A stretch of 64,000 nucleotides of DNA. Origin: the human T2T-CHM13v2.0 reference genome, Homo sapiens. This document shows, one piece after another, positions 60,252 to 64,000 of this stretch (position 1 is its first letter; each line of letters begins with the position of its first letter). Both the position numbers and the translations under genes were made by a program. The notes under the pieces are model-generated. The model was not told the origin of the DNA. It ran no database searches and worked only from the letters and a program-made list of their open reading frames with translations. The stretch lies in NCBI RefSeq assembly GCF_009914755.1, contig NC_060931.1. One strand, written 5' to 3'.

Positions 60252-60364
60252 ATGATGATAATGATGTTGATGATGATAGTGATAATGGTGATGATGATAA
60301 TGATAATGATGGTGATGATGATGATGATAATGATGATAATGATGGTGATGATGATAATGATGAT
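60252..60364. repeat. Imperfect (GAT/AAT/GGT)n trinucleotide repeat at a MIR tail (MIR about 60370-60560, minus)
   Basis: Direct observation. Confidence 0.92.
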
Positions 60365-61579
60365 TACCACTTCATGAATGCTGTCCATGGATATTGCTAA
60401 ATGAGCTGATGTTCATGGCAACTGTATTAGAGAATATTGTCATCCTCCCATTTGCAAAAGAGAAACAATGAAAGAGGTTAAGTGACTTGTCTAAATTAAC
60501 CTAGCTAGTGAAACACAGATCTGCCATTCCAAACATGTGTCTTACTCCAGAGATACTGCATTATCAAAATGGTTGTGGGAAACATTGAGTGGCAGGAGTT
60601 GTGTAGTGATCGCGAGATGATGTGGATCCTGTGGATACTGACATGTAAAAATTTTGTCAGTAAAGTGTGGAAGGACGGGGAGTTTCCTGGGAAGGATGAG
60701 GGCATACTTTTTGATAGTAGAACCTTGAGCATATTTATTTGCTGAGGAGAAAGCACTGATAGAGAAGTTGAAGATCCAGGAGAGGGAGGGAGGGGATTGT
60801 TGATGAGGGAGGACTCTGAGGAAGCAGCAGAGAAGGGGTCAAGGGGTTATCAGACTTGCTGAGGCTCTCCTGAGTTCTGGATGATGTGGTGCCTTATTCT
60901 CACTCCATTCCTCACTGTCTCCCTCGGTACCTCAGGCAAGTCACCCCATCTCTAGACAAGATGTGGACTTTGCAATCTATTGTTGATTATGAACTTCCAT
61001 CAATTAGCTTATGCAGAGGTTCAGTCTATATCCAGCCATGTACTTACTTGCAGGGAATATTATGGCAAAATCTCATCAGAATACTTCTTTTTTTAAGCAT
61101 TAATATCCAGTGTTTTTATTTATTTGTTAATTTTTAAAATAAATTTTATTGTGTATAATCGAAGTTTACAACTTGATGTTATGCGATACATAAAGATAGT
61201 GAAATGGCTGCTGTAGTGAAGCAGACTAACATATCTGTCATCTCACATAATTATAATTTTTGTGATAAGAGCAGCTAAAATCTATTTATTTCACAAAAAT
61301 GTTTAATACAGGACAACTTTATTAACTTTAGTCCTCACGTTGTACATCAGGTCTCTGAACTTGTTCATCCTACTTATTTGCTATTTTGTATCCTTTGAAC
61401 CACATCTCCCCATTTCCTCACCCTCTACCTCCTGCCGATCGTAACCACTGTTTCATTCTCTGTGTATTTGAGCCCTTTATATATATGTGTGTGTATATAT
61501 ATATGTGAGATCAAGCAAAATATTCCCCATATAAATGAGATCAAGCAAAACTTTTGTGTTTCTGGCTTATTTCGCTTAG

Positions 61580-61934
<355 letters not shown>

Positions 61935-61965
61935 GCAAGATTTCCTTTTTTAAGGCTGAGTAATA

Positions 61966-61970
<5 letters not shown>

Positions 61971-62008
<38 letters not shown>
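61971..62008. repeat. (GT)19 microsatellite
   Basis: Direct observation. Confidence 0.97.
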
Positions 62009-62010
<2 letters not shown>

Positions 62011-62210
62011 CATCTAGGTTGTTTTCACCTATTGGCTATTGTGACTAATGCTGCAATGAACATAGGAGTGTAGATATCTTTACAAGGTGGTGATTTCATC
62101 TCCTTTGGGTAAACACCCAGAAGAAGGATTGCCAGGTCATATGATAGTTTTACTTTTATTTTCTTTGGGAACCTCCACACTGTTTTGTATAACAGCTGTA
62201 CCAAGCTACA

Positions 62211-62515
62211 TTTTTTTTTTTTTTTTTTTTTTGAGACAGAGTCTCACTCTGTTTCCCAGGCTGGACTGCAGTTGTGTGATCTCGGCTCACTACAACCTCT
62301 GCCTCCCAGGTTCCAGTGATTCTCCTGCCTCAGCCTCCTGAGTAGCTGGGATTACAGGCGCCCACCACCATGCCTGGCTTATTTTTTGTATTTTTAGTAG
62401 AGATGGGGTTTCGTCATGTTGGCCAGGCTGGTCTCGAACTCCTGACCTTAGGTGATCTGCCTGCCTCACCCTCCCAAAGTGCTGGGATTACAGGTGTGAG
62501 CCATTGTGCCCAGCC
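62211..62515 (-). mobile_element. AluSx-like
   Basis: Full dimer; TSD caag/tctacattt. Confidence 0.95.
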
Positions 62516-64000
62516 CAATCTACATTTCTATCAACAGTGTACTGGGGTTCTCTTTTCTCCATACTGTCGCAAACATCTGTAATCTTTTGACTTTTTGATA
62601 ATGGTTATCCTTATGGGTATGAGATGATATCTCATAGTGGTATTAATTTGCATTTACCTGATGATGAATGATGTTGAGCGCCTTTATATGAGGTTATTTA
62701 TAGAATTGAAGAAAGATTCCTCATTCTGAAAAAAAAATTCTTCTGATAATGCAATTTATTCTTGGTGAACTATGTGGAATTGACTTTTTTCACTTTTTTT
62801 TTTCCATAGAACTCTTTCAACCTATGGGAGGTAGGGACTTCTGCCCTCCAAGTTTTCATCGTGATTCCAAATGCACTACTGAAGTGGCATTGCTTTCTTT
62901 GCTATTAAACATGGGTTTTCTGCTTCTTCTAGAGAGTTCTTTTCCTAATGGAGGTCAGCAAACTGCAAGGCCTAGCAATGATTGATCCCAGTCCCATACA
63001 GCATTTTACAAAGCCAAAGTAACAGCAGCCTGAGCCATGGCACAGTAAAAGTGGTTTTACATTTCCAATGCCTGTCCTAAAGTAGTTTTAGAGGTCAGCA
63101 TTGATCAATAAATCATTCTGATCACATGTATCCTCTCTGGGGGCCCATTAGCTAGTGGTGATGACTTAGTCATCTCACCATCAGCTTCATTAGTCCAGAA
63201 GTCGCTGGGACCACAAGTTCAAATCCCTGTTGAGCTGATGTAGCTCTTGGTCTTCCTGAAGTAGATAAATTGAGCTTCACATAGTTTGTCGTGCAGAGAT
63301 TTCTATGATGCATCATCTGCTCTCCGGTGGCAGTACAAGATCTATGACCCCTTTTTTTAAAAGGAGACAATGCCTGATCCTACCCTAGTAACTTCTCTTT
63401 TCATCTAACTCAAATAAGGCAGATATATGGCTTCTGAAATGATTAGATTCATTAATTTCCTTAAAATGCCATGTCAGGGCAATGATGCCCCTTTGCCAAT
63501 AATCCCATGCCCTTAACTGTGTGAACATTCTGTGAGGGCTTGGTAGAGGGAGGCTTTCAAATCCAGTTCTTCCAAGACTCCAGCAGAGGACTGGAGTCTG
63601 GAAAAAGTAAGGAAGGGGACCGCTGGTAACCCTTTTGAATGACAGTAACAAAATGTCTGTATTTTTTCTGTTTGTGCCTTGTGACTGGTAAGATTATCAG
63701 GATGAGAGTAACATCAGCGTGGCTTATCTTCTTTCTGTAGCCAAGAGGGCTCACGATAGAGAAAAAGGTGATCTGCAGGCCAAGGACATTGTCCACACTG
63801 CCTATTTATGCTTGTATACTCATGCAGTGTTGGAAAATGCAGTGAACCGTGAGTTTTAGTTGGGTAGGGCTTTGTCTGAAACTGGAGTCCAAAAGTATCA
63901 TGAAGATTCTTATCATTGAGATGCTCAGGGTCCTGTAAAAACTCCTCAATAGTCAGTACCTGGTTAATCCTCCTCCAAGAGTTCCTGACAAATCAACCAA

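Noticed and set aside
60107-60388. Poly-Ile and poly-Met ORFs resembling membrane proteins
   Set aside because: Products of the imperfect GAT repeat at a MIR tail.
63575-63599. 9-bp hairpin agactccag-N7-ctggagtct
   Set aside because: Too short for a pre-miRNA or terminator call; expected by chance in 64 kb.

Overview
This is primate (human-like) nuclear DNA, AT-rich outside repeats. It contains 16 dimeric Alus (J, S and Y types) plus one monomer, old L1 fragments, a near-full-length HAL1, L2/MIR relics, MaLR LTRs and hAT/Tc-Mar DNA elements. I see no intact protein-coding gene, RNA gene or CRISPR array, and I cannot name the locus. The main signal is in the non-repeat DNA, which carries many minus-strand segments with long, stop-depleted, protein-like reading frames. 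Many are bounded by canonical minus-strand splice sites, mostly in phase 1, and one is a fully open 117-nt exon. Together they suggest the fossil of a very large multi-exon protein-coding gene (candidate unitary pseudogene) running off both ends of the window. Its large exons appear to be interrupted by L2, MIR, MaLR, L1MA and Alu insertions, which would imply an ancient loss. The intervening repeat-poor DNA is rich in transcription-factor-like motifs and includes a CpG-enriched element at 42.6-43.3 kb. Repeat family calls come from remembered consensus sequences, so boundaries are approximate; all translations were done by hand.
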